Part shown: positions 10,166 through 19,400 of the stretch, one piece after another | Layout of the letters: every line of letters begins with the position of its first letter | Numbering within the stretch: the stretch's first letter is position 1 | Origin: an uncultured Planctomycetota bacterium | GTDB lineage: Bacteria > Planctomycetota > Planctomycetia > Pirellulales > Lacipirellulaceae | Assembly: GCA_963719315.1 (NCBI GenBank) | Contig: CAVRBU010000018.1 | Span: 64,001 to 128,000 of the forward strand | Length of the DNA stretch: 64,000 nt | Direction of reading: 5' to 3' | The notes under the pieces: model-generated | Seen by the model: only the letters and a program-made list of their open reading frames with translations | The model's database searches: none | Told to the model about the DNA's origin: nothing | Program-made: the position numbers and the translations under genes

Positions 10166-11668
10166 ATGTCCTCTGATTCCTCGGAAATTGAACCAACTCA
10201 ACCGGTTGCTGAAGCGGAGGCGGCCAAGCCCGAGCGACCCGTTCAGCGATTTCTCATCGGATCGCAGCGCGGCGGCGACTCGATGACCAATGTCAAAGCC
10301 AAACCGGTAACGCCGGCCGCGCCGCTGGCAAATCCACCCGATGAATCGACGGACGCTGAATCGCCAGTCAAACCGGCGTCTTCCAGGCCAGCGGCCAGGC
10401 GGGAACCGACGCACTATCCGCCGCCGAATATCCGCGACCAACTCTCGCCCGAGATGGAGCAAGAGTATTTGGCCGCCCTGGGCGATTTGTCGCTCGATGC
10501 GTTGATGAGCACTGAGATAGCAGCGAGTAGCGAGGCGGAGCTCGCGCCGGAGTCGCGCGTCACCGGCCGCGTCGCCAAAGTTCATCGCGACAACATTTTC
10601 ATCGACTTGAGCGTACACACGCAGGGCGTTGTGCCGCTACGGCAGTTCGAAGATGCGGAGCCCAAGCCGGGCGACGAGTTGGAACTGGTCGTGGTGCGAT
10701 TCGTTGCCGACGAAGGCCTCTACGAACTTTCGCGCCCCACGGCGGCGGTGAACGTCGGCAATTGGGATGAAGTCAGCGAGGGCCAGGTTATCGAGGTCAC
10801 TATTACGGGTGCTAACAAGGGCGGGCTGGAGTGCCAAGTCGCCAGCATCCGCGGCTTCATTCCGATGGGCCAGGTTTCGATCTATCGCGTGGAGAATCCC
10901 GAGGAGCTCGTCGGCCAGCGGCTGGCGTGCGTCGTCACCGAAGCGAACCGCGATCGCCAAAACCTTGTGCTTAGCCACCGGGCCGTGATGGAACGTGAGC
11001 GAAACGAGCAGCGCGACAAAATCATGGCCGAGCTAGCACCCGGACAGCTTCGCGAAGGCATCGTGCGGAGCCTGAAGGATTTCGGCGCGTTCGTCGATTT
11101 GGGCGGCGTCGATGGCCTGATCCACATCAGCCAGCTCAGTTGGGACCGCGTGAAGCATCCCAGCGAGGTGCTCGAGGTTGGACAAAAGGTAAAAGTTCGC
11201 ATCGAGAAGTTCGACAAGGAAACGGGCAAAGTCAGTCTCTCTTACCGCGAGGTAGGGGCAAACCCGTGGCAGAACGTAGAGTCGAAGTATCCTGTCGGTG
11301 CGCGGGCGAAGGGCACGGTCTCGCGGCTGATGGACTTTGGCGCTTTTGTAAAACTCGAGCCGGGCGTCGAAGGGCTGATTCATATTTCAGAGCTGGGGCA
11401 TGGCCGCGTGTTCCGGACACGGGACGTCCTGAGCGAAGGGCAGGAGGTCGAAGTCAAAGTTCTATCTGTGGATGAAGAGCAGCAACGGATCAGCCTGTCG
11501 CTCAAGGCGCTAATGGCCGCACCGGTGAAACCTGGCCAGCAAACAGTCGCCGACGAAGACCTGCCGCTGCCGGCCGATGCGCCGAAACCGCCGCGGAAGA
11601 GTCATCGAGAACTGAAGGGCGGCACCGGCGGCCCTTCGGGGGGCGCGAAGTTCGGGCTCAAGTGGTAG
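10166..11668 (+). CDS. S1 RNA-binding domain protein (ribosomal protein S1 paralogue, four S1 domains)
   Basis: NKGGLEC..IRGFIPMGQ; FGAFVDLGGVDGLIHISQLSW; FGAFVKLEPGVEGLIHISEL; RISLSLK. Confidence 0.9.
   Translation: MSSDSSEIEPTQPVAEAEAAKPERPVQRFLIGSQRGGDSMTNVKAKPVTPAAPLANPPDESTDAESPVKPASSRPAARREPTHYPPPNIRDQLSPEMEQEYLAALGDLSLDALMSTEIAASSEAELAPESRVTGRVAKVHRDNIFIDLSVHTQGVVPLRQFEDAEPKPGDELELVVVRFVADEGLYELSRPTAAVNVGNWDEVSEGQVIEVTITGANKGGLECQVASIRGFIPMGQVSIYRVENPEELVGQRLACVVTEANRDRQNLVLSHRAVMERERNEQRDKIMAELAPGQLREGIVRSLKDFGAFVDLGGVDGLIHISQLSWDRVKHPSEVLEVGQKVKVRIEKFDKETGKVSLSYREVGANPWQNVESKYPVGARAKGTVSRLMDFGAFVKLEPGVEGLIHISELGHGRVFRTRDVLSEGQEVEVKVLSVDEEQQRISLSLKALMAAPVKPGQQTVADEDLPLPADAPKPPRKSHRELKGGTGGPSGGAKFGLKW
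11564..11661 (+). repeat. 98-bp direct repeat, copy 1 (3' end of S1 gene)
   Basis: Identical by eye to 12928-13025. Confidence 0.92.
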
Positions 11669-11686
11669 ACGCAGCCTGCGTAGCGC

Positions 11687-11723
11687 AAAAAATTAGCCTC
11701 GGAGTAACCCCGAGGCTAATTTT
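11687..11723. terminator. Bidirectional intrinsic terminator
   Basis: AAAAAATTAGCCTCGG-loop-CCGAGGCTAATTTT between convergent genes. Confidence 0.85.
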
Positions 11724-11739
11724 GAATGTGAGCTGTGTG

Positions 11740-12426
11740 CTATCGCCGCCGCAAGAACATTGGCGTAGCCGATAGGCACAAGATCATTAGAACCATCGCC
11801 GGCTCCGGAACCTGGCTCGCCGTGATTTCTTTCGTGGCGTCGGCAAAGAACGAATTCAAAAGTCCACCGCCGCTAACCGTCAATCCAGGTCCACCACTAC
11901 TTTGGATATTCGTCAGCGTCATCGACATTCCGATCGAATTTCCAACTAGCTGTGAAGTGATTGCTGGTGATCCACCCATCACGGTGCCGTTCGTAATGTT
12001 AAAAAACGCACCGTTGCCGCCGCCGACCAACAGGCTGGTGCTCAGATTGACATCCAAGAGCAGCTTGTTGCCGCTGTCGTACAATTTGAAATTGCCTCCA
12101 GAATAATTCTGTGCCACGACCCCTCCGCCTAACGGGTTCGGAGCGCCCGTCGCAGTCGCACCCATCAGTGAATACGAACCCGTTGTGGAACCCATGCCGC
12201 TGAGAAAACTGGTGAACAAGATATTCGTAGCTTGATCGCCAACTAAGCCAGCCGGGTTGTCGTCGATCGTGCCAAGGAGTCCAGGACTTGCGGGCGGTGA
12301 GAACGTCAAGTCTGGGCCAACGCCGCCCAGATCGAGTTTGATAATCGTCGCTGCTTGAGAACTGCAGACCGACAGAACAAGCGCAAGCGTAGCGCACGCG
12401 AAAACCTTCAATGGAGATCTCATCAT
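11740..12426 (-). CDS. PEP-CTERM sorting-domain protein 1
   Basis: Signal peptide (SQA-A); C-terminal VPEPA + hydrophobic helix + RRR. Confidence 0.9.
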   Translation of the reverse strand: MMRSPLKVFACATLALVLSVCSSQAATIIKLDLGGVGPDLTFSPPASPGLLGTIDDNPAGLVGDQATNILFTSFLSGMGSTTGSYSLMGATATGAPNPLGGGVVAQNYSGGNFKLYDSGNKLLLDVNLSTSLLVGGGNGAFFNITNGTVMGGSPAITSQLVGNSIGMSMTLTNIQSSGGPGLTVSGGGLLNSFFADATKEITASQVPEPAMVLMILCLSATPMFLRRR

Positions 12427-12666
12427 TAGCACCTGTTTATTTTTTCACGTTCAAATACTGCCAAAAATTCCCTGGCAATACACTCGAAGTCAATCAAAGC
12501 TGGCTTTTGATTAGTGCAACTATCGCAAGTGGACAGGGCTAGCCCCCCAAAAAAGTAGATACCCACACGACTCCATTTGTACGGTGGCGCAACCCGACAT
12601 GCAACAATTGTCTAAAAAATATTTTTAAAACCTTGGGAGATGGTTTCTTCGCGACCACCACAGCCG

Positions 12667-12696
12667 TTGGCGGCTTTCGCGTCTCCCGCTTATACT
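12667..12696 (+). promoter_or_regulatory. Duplicated copy of putative thrS promoter
   Basis: TTGGCG-N18-TATACT, same boxes and spacing as 14019-14048. Confidence 0.55.
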
Positions 12697-12791
12697 TCCG
12701 CCATGCTTGTGCGCGAACCTTGATTCGGGCGACGTCCTCCGAATGGTTGGCTCTGCCGTAACTCCATAGCACTAAAAGTCTTTAGTCGCCC

Positions 12792-13032
12792 ATGCTTGCC
12801 GTAATCCTGCCCGATGGCAGTCGGAAACAATCTGAGTGACTCATCTAGACTTAGGCGTGGCTCCGGACATTGGACCGAAGCCACCTTTCTGGAAAAGGTC
12901 GATAGCATACTGATCGACCTCCATAGTCCGCTGCCGGCCGATGCGCCGAAACCGCCGCGGAAGAGTCATCGAGAACTGAAGGGCGGCACCGGCGGCCCTT
13001 CGGGGGGCGCGAAGTTCGGGCTCAATTGGTGA
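12792..13032 (+). pseudogene. Chimeric remnant: decayed thrS 5' fragment fused to S1-gene 3' tail
   Basis: [15 protein letters not shown] then ATFLEKVDSILIDLHSPLPAD versus thr[37 protein letters not shown]; continues as S1 tail PLPADAPKPPRKSHRELKGG. Confidence 0.85.
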
Positions 13033-13059
13033 TTGGCCAAACGACGCGGGCACGGCAAT

Positions 13060-13090
13060 AAAAAAGCCCCGGGCGATCCGCCCGGGGCTA
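13060..13090 (-). terminator. Intrinsic terminator downstream of PEP-CTERM gene 2
   Basis: AAAAAAGCCCCGGGCG-ATC-CGCCCGGGGCT. Confidence 0.85.
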
Positions 13091-13122
13091 AGATGGCTCA
13101 TTCTAGTTGATTGAACCGGCGA

Positions 13123-13795
13123 TCAACCACGACGGCGATTCAATACCACGCCTACGAAGGCCATACCGACTAGCATCAGAGTGGCCGGCTCAGGAACGGC
13201 GGTCGGAATCTGACGCAGCGTAAAAGTTCCATTACGACCACTCAAGTCCGGCACATCGATCCGAACGAAATAAGGCTGCGCCGGATCCATGGAGACCGCC
13301 AGAGAACACCAATTGGTCCTCGTCCGGGGTACCTACACTCGGGAAAGGCGCTGCGGTCGGCGGTGTGTCGTAGTCTGGAAAGTCGAAGTCTAAACCGTCA
13401 TTGAGAGGCGAAAGCACGAATGCAGCGCCAGTGCCAAAGCCCAACTGCATAGTGTAGCTGCTCCAAGGCGAGGCCGTATTATTATCAACGAACTCGGAAA
13501 CCTGGTACTCGGTAACGCCGTCGCTCGGCGCTACTGAAAACTCAATATCAATATAATTCAAAGAATCGAACCGCTTCAGCGGAACGGTAATGTTGTTGTC
13601 CAGTTTCTGTGGGTCCGGCACATTGTCGTTGTTCGGTTGAACAGTTACCACTACCGGCACAGAAGCGAAGCCCAACCCTGGGCCGCTCGCGACCGGCGCC
13701 GGTGTAGCCAGGATTGTCCCAGCAGAAGCTGTTGAACTTAGAAGTGCAGCCATAGCGGCCGCAACGATAAATTCCATTCCAAGTTTCTTCGTCAT
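13123..13795 (-). CDS. PEP-CTERM sorting-domain protein 2, apparent frameshift at about 13279
   Basis: Signal peptide (ASA-G); after the shift reads QPYFVRIDVPDLSGRNGTFTLRQIPTAVPEPATLMLVGMAFVGVVLNRRRG*. Confidence 0.85.
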
Positions 13796-14018
13796 TAGTT
13801 CAACCCAATTACTTTCGGCCAGTGCCCCTGGCAAACAAGTTGCAAATCCACGCCAGTCTTCTGATCCACCCTGCTACAAGTGAAGTCCACGCACCACTAC
13901 GCGGGTGGAGCCCGACCGCTATGTTATATAGCCTGGTAGACCCAATTACAAGCATTGTTTAAGAAAAAACCGAAAATTCTCTCCGGGGGTCGGCCTGCCT
14001 CAAATGCTGGACGAGCCG

Positions 14019-14048
14019 TTGGCGGATTTCTCGCTTCCCGCCTATACT
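14019..14048 (+). promoter_or_regulatory. Putative sigma70 promoter of thrS
   Basis: TTGGCG-N18-TATACT, conserved in the duplicated segment. Confidence 0.55.
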
Positions 14049-14182
14049 TAGCGGCCGATTTCGCTCTGAACCCAGCCGACGAGGGCCGTGACTTGTATCG
14101 CGGGCCGGATCGATGTTTTCCTAACTTATCATCTCCCAGAGCTAGAATTAGCCCTCTTTGCCTCTAAGTCGTTGTCTGTTCT

Positions 14183-16192
14183 ATGCTTACCGTAATCCTG
14201 CCCGACGGAAGTCGGAAACCATTTGAGCGGCCCGTCTCGACATACGACGTGGCCCTGGCCATTGGGCCGCGGCTTGCCAAGGCTACCATTCTGGCGGAAG
14301 TCGACGGCAAGCAGGTCGATTTGCACAGCCAACTGCCGGCGGACGGCGAGGTCCACCTGCGACTATTGACGAAAAAGGACGCCGAATCGCTGGCCGTCAT
14401 GCGGCATAGTTGTGCCCATGTGATGGCCCAGGCGGTAATGCGACTGTTTGAAGGCGTGCAGCTGGCGTTCGGGCCCACCACGGGCAACGGCTTTTACTAT
14501 GATTTTCAATTGTCGCACCCGCTCTCCGAGGAAGACTTTCCGCGGATCGAAGCGGAGATGCAGAAAATCGTGAAGGCCGACGAACGATTCGAGCGGCTTG
14601 AAATGCGGCGCGACGAAGCCATCGGCCTGTGCCGCGAACTCAAGCAGGAGTTCAAAGTCGAACACATCGAAACCGGGTTGGCAGGCGAGAGGTCACTGTC
14701 GTTCTACCGGCAAGGCGAGTTCATCGACCTGTGCCGCGGCAAACACATCCCGAGCACTGGCCACATCGGCAGCGCATTCAAACTCCTGTCGGTTGCCGGC
14801 GCGTATTGGAAAGGCGATGCCGATCGCGAGCAGTTGCAACGCCTGTACGCGACCGCGTTTTTTGACCAGCCGGAACTCGACGCGCACTTGGAACAACTCG
14901 CCGAGGCCAAGCGGCGCGATCACCGCGTCTTGGGCAAGCAGTTGGAGTTGTTCACCGTCAACCAGATGGTCGGCTCCGGTCTCATCTTGTGGCTGCCGAA
15001 GGGCGCCATCATTCGGCAAACGCTCGAAGACTATATCAAGGGCGAACTTCGCAAACGCGGCTACGAGGCTGTGTATACACCGAACATCGGCCGCGTTGAG
15101 CTGTACGAAACTTCGGGCCACTATCCTTACTACAGCGACAGCCAGTTCCCCCCGATTGAAATGAAAGACGGCGAGCGTTATTTGCTCAAGCCGATGAACT
15201 GCCCGCACCATGTAATGATCTACCAGGCGAAGCCGCGGAGCTATCGCGATCTGCCGGTGCGACTGGCCGAGTTCGGCACCGTGTATCGGTTCGAGCAGTC
15301 GGGCGAGCTGTCGGGCATGACCCGCGTTCGCGGCTTCACGCAGGATGATGCACACATTTTCTGCACCAACGAACAGGTTGCCGGCGAGTTTCGCAACGCC
15401 ATCGAAATGACACAAACCGTCCTGTCCGCGTTGGGAATGAGCGAATATCGGGTGCGGCTGGGTTTCCGCGATCCGAAGAGCGACAAGTACGTGGGCGCGA
15501 TCGAAACTTGGGACCGGGCCGAGGCGGCGATCAAGTCGGTATGCGAGTCGATGAATTTTCCCCATCTGTCGATCGAGCCTGGAGAAGCGGCGTTTTACGG
15601 GCCCAAGGCCGATTTCGTCGTCACCGATTGCATTGGTCGCGAATGGCAACTGGGCACCGTGCAACTGGATTACAACTTGCCGGGCAAGGAGCGGTTCGGG
15701 CTGGAATACATTGGGGCCGATAATCAGCCACACCAGCCGGCAATGATCCATCGGGCGCCGCTCGGTTCGTTGGAGCGGTTCGTTGGCGTGTTGATCGAGC
15801 ATTTTGCGGGTGCCTTTCCGTTGTGGCTCGCGCCGGAGCAGGTCCGAGTGCTCACGGTGAGCGAGAAGTCGGACGCCTACGGCCGCGAAATCGAAAAACT
15901 GCTCGCCGACGCCGGTCTTCGCGTCAGCGGCGACTATCGCGGCGCGAAGCTCAACGCCAAAGTCCGCGACGCCCAGGTGCAACTTATTCCGTACATGTTC
16001 GTCGTCGGCGAGCGCGATCGCGATGCCCGTTCTGTCGCGGTTCGCGACCGGCTCGAAGGTGATTTGGGCTCGATCCCGCTCGACGCCGCGATTGCCAAAC
16101 TCCGCGACGAAATCGCCGCCAAAACCGTCCGCCAAGTTGCGACCCGCCAGCCGGCTGCCGTGACCGACCGCGAAAACCAAAATGAGTATTAG
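14183..16192 (+). CDS. thrS: Threonine--tRNA ligase
   Basis: TGS domain, [61 protein letters not shown]. Confidence 0.98.
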   Translation: MLTVILPDGSRKPFERPVSTYDVALAIGPRLAKATILAEVDGKQVDLHSQLPADGEVHLRLLTKKDAESLAVMRHSCAHVMAQAVMRLFEGVQLAFGPTTGNGFYYDFQLSHPLSEEDFPRIEAEMQKIVKADERFERLEMRRDEAIGLCRELKQEFKVEHIETGLAGERSLSFYRQGEFIDLCRGKHIPSTGHIGSAFKLLSVAGAYWKGDADREQLQRLYATAFFDQPELDAHLEQLAEAKRRDHRVLGKQLELFTVNQMVGSGLILWLPKGAIIRQTLEDYIKGELRKRGYEAVYTPNIGRVELYETSGHYPYYSDSQFPPIEMKDGERYLLKPMNCPHHVMIYQAKPRSYRDLPVRLAEFGTVYRFEQSGELSGMTRVRGFTQDDAHIFCTNEQVAGEFRNAIEMTQTVLSALGMSEYRVRLGFRDPKSDKYVGAIETWDRAEAAIKSVCESMNFPHLSIEPGEAAFYGPKADFVVTDCIGREWQLGTVQLDYNLPGKERFGLEYIGADNQPHQPAMIHRAPLGSLERFVGVLIEHFAGAFPLWLAPEQVRVLTVSEKSDAYGREIEKLLADAGLRVSGDYRGAKLNAKVRDAQVQLIPYMFVVGERDRDARSVAVRDRLEGDLGSIPLDAAIAKLRDEIAAKTVRQVATRQPAAVTDRENQNEY

Positions 16193-16247
16193 TTTAGATA
16201 AGTCAGGCATTTCGATAATCTCTTAACAAGGCATTGGTCATTGAACG

Positions 16248-16301
16248 GGGGGAAACAGAGGGAACGGAGGCCAACGATTCTCCACTCCCTCTGTTTCCGC
16301 C
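16248..16301. repeat. Short purine-arm palindrome after thrS
   Basis: GGAAACAGAGGGAACGGAG ... CTCCACTCCCTCTGTTTCC. Confidence 0.65.
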
Positions 16302-16412
16302 TGTCAAAGCGAGGTTTGAATCTGGGTAGACCGAATTGTGCTAGTAATTGTGGCCCAACGGTATTTCCAGTCTGGCGTTGTATTTGCGTTCGTACTGGTA
16401 GGAAGTAGTGCT

Positions 16413-16440
16413 TTGCTGTGTGATAATCGCGGCGTATAGT
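16413..16440 (+). promoter_or_regulatory. Possible infC promoter
   Basis: TTGCTG-N16-TATAGT. Confidence 0.35.
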
Positions 16441-16492
16441 TGACGAATGCCACCGGCGCAGACAAGATTTTGATGTTGGAATGCTTGTTTGC

Positions 16493-16579
16493 TGTCCGTA
16501 GTCCGTAGTCCGTAGTCCGTTGTCCGTCGCAATGGCCTTGGATACCTTTCTGCCACGATCAACGGACAACTGACAACGA
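16493..16579. repeat. Heptamer-arm palindrome (GTCCGTA)n in the infC leader
   Basis: GTCCGTA x3, GTCCGTT, GTCCGTC ... AACGGAC AACTGAC AACGA. Confidence 0.85.
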
Positions 16580-16606
16580 TCCATTCACCCAATAGGAGAC
16601 TTTGCC

Positions 16607-17116
16607 ATCGCTCTCGCTCAAAAAGGCCAGCGGATCAACGAGCAGATCCGCGTCTCGCCCGTTCGCGTCATCGCTCAGGACGGCGCCCTGCTGGGCGTCA
16701 TCGAAACCGTGGAAGCTCTGCAACGGGCCCGTGAAGTCGGCATGGATCTAGTGGAGGTCGCTCCGCAGGAGAAGCCGCCCGTTTGCCGCATCATGGACTA
16801 CGGCAAATTCAAGTACCAGCAAAAGAAGCGGCAACACAAAGGCCACGCGCACCACGGCAAGAACAAAGAGCTCCGCCTCCGCCCGAAAATCGGCGACCAC
16901 GACCTGATGACCAAGGTCAACCGGGCCAAAGAATTCCTGGCCGATAAAGACAAGGTCGTCTTCTCCGTCATCTTCCGCGGCCGCGAAAACGCGCACGTGG
17001 ACGAAGGCTTCAAGCTCGTGCAGCGTCTCACCAAGGAGCTGGAATCGTGCGCCAAGCTCGAGCAGAATCCGCAAATGCAAGGCCGGCGAATCGTGGTGAT
17101 CTTTGCGCCGAAGTAG
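16607..17116 (+). CDS. infC: Translation initiation factor IF-3, ATC start
   Basis: AGGAG (16594-16598) then ATC in frame with the track ORF; adds the conserved RINEQIRVSPVRVI; DLVEVAP, PVCRIMDYGKFKY, FRGRE. Confidence 0.95.
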   Translation: MALAQKGQRINEQIRVSPVRVIAQDGALLGVIETVEALQRAREVGMDLVEVAPQEKPPVCRIMDYGKFKYQQKKRQHKGHAHHGKNKELRLRPKIGDHDLMTKVNRAKEFLADKDKVVFSVIFRGRENAHVDEGFKLVQRLTKELESCAKLEQNPQMQGRRIVVIFAPK

Positions 17117-17265
17117 TACTCATTCTCTATTAAAGTAGCTTTCGCAATGACTAGAGTGCAAACCTTTGGTCGACATGTTGCGCCGGTCTTAGGAATTTCT
17201 TTCTATTAATTCTTTCTGATATCAAGTTAGGCCTTTACCGCACGCACTCACAATGCCCGCGTACC

Positions 17266-17856
17266 ATGCTCGAAGGAATGCGAACCATTCTTGCCAAGCG
17301 CCTTCTTCGCCAACTCATCGAAATGGCGGTGCAGGCACTCTATTCCGAAGAGTTCGACTTGGAGCCGCTGATCGTCCGGATGTGTCGCAACCAATCGGAT
17401 GTCGCCTAGGCTGCGGCACGACTGACCCACCCGCTAGCCGACGCTGATGTTGATCGTGCCTTCGCAATGTTCCATCTTTCCGAGGCTCGCTTTGACTCGC
17501 CGAACTTCCGAAACATCGTCGAAGTGCATCGCGAGCTGGCTGAGCATTACTGGACATCTCAGCATCTTGCGATTCTGCGCGGAGCACTCGCCCACAAGCA
17601 GAATGAGTATTCCTACGAGGGAACAGTCTACATATTACAACGCGACAACAAAGGACCGGCCACGCCTGAGCAACGCGCCAAATACGAACCTATTTGCAAG
17701 CAGATGGCCGACCTCAACCGCCAAATAGAAGATGCAGAACTCGCCGCATGGAAGAAGCAGGACGAGGCCGAGTATCAGCGATATAAGGAGGATTTAGAGA
17801 CGCGCGCAGCTCAGCGCCGAGATCGATGCAAACGAAGAGGAGATTATTCGACTTGA
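17266..17856 (+). pseudogene. Orphan ORF with one in-frame TAG (17407-17409), or a shorter gene 17467-17856
   Basis: MLEGMRTILAKRLLRQLIEM...QSDVA*AAARLTHP...MFHLSE in a single frame. Confidence 0.45.
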
Positions 17857-18324
17857 GAGCGCAGAAGTGCTTTCAATGCTCGAAACGAAACTAAACGCCC
17901 TTTTAAACGATGACGAAGCAACTGCCTAACCTGCGTACAGCGCCGCGCTCGTGTATGACGCCGTCCTGCGTGACGACAGGCGGTAACAGTGCGACCCGAT
18001 GGCCTGTATGGTGAAGGGTAGGGGGTGTATTGATTTAATACAGGGGCGAGCCGAATCGGTTCGTAGCGAGGTGTTTCGAGCGAGTGGCAGGATTGCGACC
18101 AGGAGATACACGAAAGTCCGATACGTTCTAACGTTTCGCTGAATCGTCCGAAAACCACGAAAGAATTTTAAGTACGTGTTCAGTGGTCGTCGTCCCTTTG
18201 GCTACAAAATAGCCTATTTCTCAGGCCCGCAATCTGTGGCAGCACTCTTCCCGCGTCGCACCGAAATCGCTACATTGATGGATTCCACCAAAACGCCCAT
18301 TACGATCGGTTTGGATTCACGGCC

Positions 18325-18528
18325 ATGCCCAAGCAAAAGACTCACAAAGGTACGAAGAAGCGGTTTCGGCTGACGGCCAAAGGCAAAGTGAAGCATCGGC
18401 CGGCCGGAACAAGTCACTTGGCTACGCGCAAGGACCAGAAGCGGATTCGCAAGCTTCGCGGCACCGACACGCTCGCGCCGGGCATGATCAAAGCCGTGAA
18501 ACGTGCGCTGGCAGGGAATAGCTATTAG
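18325..18528 (+). CDS. rpmI: 50S ribosomal protein L35
   Basis: [22 protein letters not shown]; position between infC and rplT. Confidence 0.97.
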   Translation: MPKQKTHKGTKKRFRLTAKGKVKHRPAGTSHLATRKDQKRIRKLRGTDTLAPGMIKAVKRALAGNSY

Positions 18529-18541
18529 GAAATAGCTATTA

Positions 18542-18623
18542 GTAGGTCCCTTCTGCCGGAAGGGAACTTTCCGATCGCAGGCCGTTAACCTGATTCAGGT
18601 TCCGCTCGGCAAGCGGAACCTAC
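18542..18623. repeat. GTAG-type REP doublet
   Basis: GTAGGTCCCTTCTGCCGGAAGGGAAC ... GGTTCCGCTCGGCAAGCGGAACCTAC; inverted copy at 21047-21130. Confidence 0.88.
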
Positions 18624-18722
18624 TAGACCACAAATCACGACAAGCCCGCCGGGCACGAGTAACTCCCGCTGCGTTTACGCCGCGGGGGCCTGGGCGCGCA
18701 ATAATTACGAAGGGTTCCTTCA

Positions 18723-19076
18723 ATGCGAACCACCAACGCGGTACCGCGTAAACGCCGCAAGAATCGGCTTTTCCAGAAGACCAAAGGCTACGTCGGCGGC
18801 CGTCGCCGCTTGCTTCGCACGGCCAAAGAAAACATCGTGCGGGCCGAGGCGTTTGCCTTCCGCGACCGCCGGGCACGCAAGCGAGAGTTCCGCAAGCTGT
18901 GGATTATCCGCATCAACGCGGCCTGCCGCGAACGGGGCATGCGGTACAGCGAGTTCATCAACGGCCTGATTAAGTCCAACATCGAACTCGATCGCAAGAC
19001 GCTCTCGGAGATCGCCATATTCGATCCGGCGGCGTTTGACGCGATCGTCGCCCAAGCGAAGGCCGCGATTGCATAG
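18723..19076 (+). CDS. rplT: 50S ribosomal protein L20
   Basis: KGYVGGR, AFRDRRARKREFRKLWIIRINAA, LDRKTLSEIA. Confidence 0.98.
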   Translation: MRTTNAVPRKRRKNRLFQKTKGYVGGRRRLLRTAKENIVRAEAFAFRDRRARKREFRKLWIIRINAACRERGMRYSEFINGLIKSNIELDRKTLSEIAIFDPAAFDAIVAQAKAAIA

Positions 19077-19204
19077 CGGCGCAACGTTGATACCCCATAA
19101 AGCCGCGACCGCTGGTCGCGGATTGTGCGCCCAATCGCGGCATGCGCGTAATTGTGCGACGGTTCGCGCCAGATGTACCAGCCGCAACGCGGCGAAAGCC
19201 CATG

Positions 19205-19345
19205 GCCGGGCGGCGTAAGCCCCCGGATTGCCGGGTCGTCGCCGCCACACAGCGCTGTCGCCCCTTTGGGACTTCAATGGTAGATTGGGTCGCGTTTCCA
19301 GGGGGCTGACGCCCCCTGGCTATTAACTTGGGCCCCGTTGGGGCC
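19205..19345. repeat. Multi-hairpin REP-like intergenic element
   Basis: CCGGGCGGCGTAAGCCCCCGG, CCAGGGGGCTGACGCCCCCTGG and GGCCCCGTTGGGGCC hairpins. Confidence 0.55.
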
Positions 19346-19400
19346 GACGCATCGCGCGTCTTTTTTTTGATCGCGACTCCAACGCCAGTTCCGCAACGCC

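Noticed and set aside
10166..11668. Assigning the symbol rpsA
   Set aside because: Only four S1 domains plus a long disordered N-terminus; more likely a paralogue
12814..13032. 72-aa ORF as a real gene
   Set aside because: Explained as the thrS/S1 chimeric duplication remnant
14049..14182. T-box or attenuator upstream of thrS (and a pheM-like leader before pheS)
   Set aside because: No T-box consensus, terminator or Phe-rich leader peptide recognised
14693..16210. 505-aa minus-strand ORF
   Set aside because: Antisense shadow of thrS with no recognisable motifs; common in GC-rich DNA
17407..17409. Pyrrolysine or stop-codon recoding of the in-frame TAG
   Set aside because: TAG terminates many genuine genes here (thrS, infC, rpmI, rplT, pheS) and no pyl genes are seen
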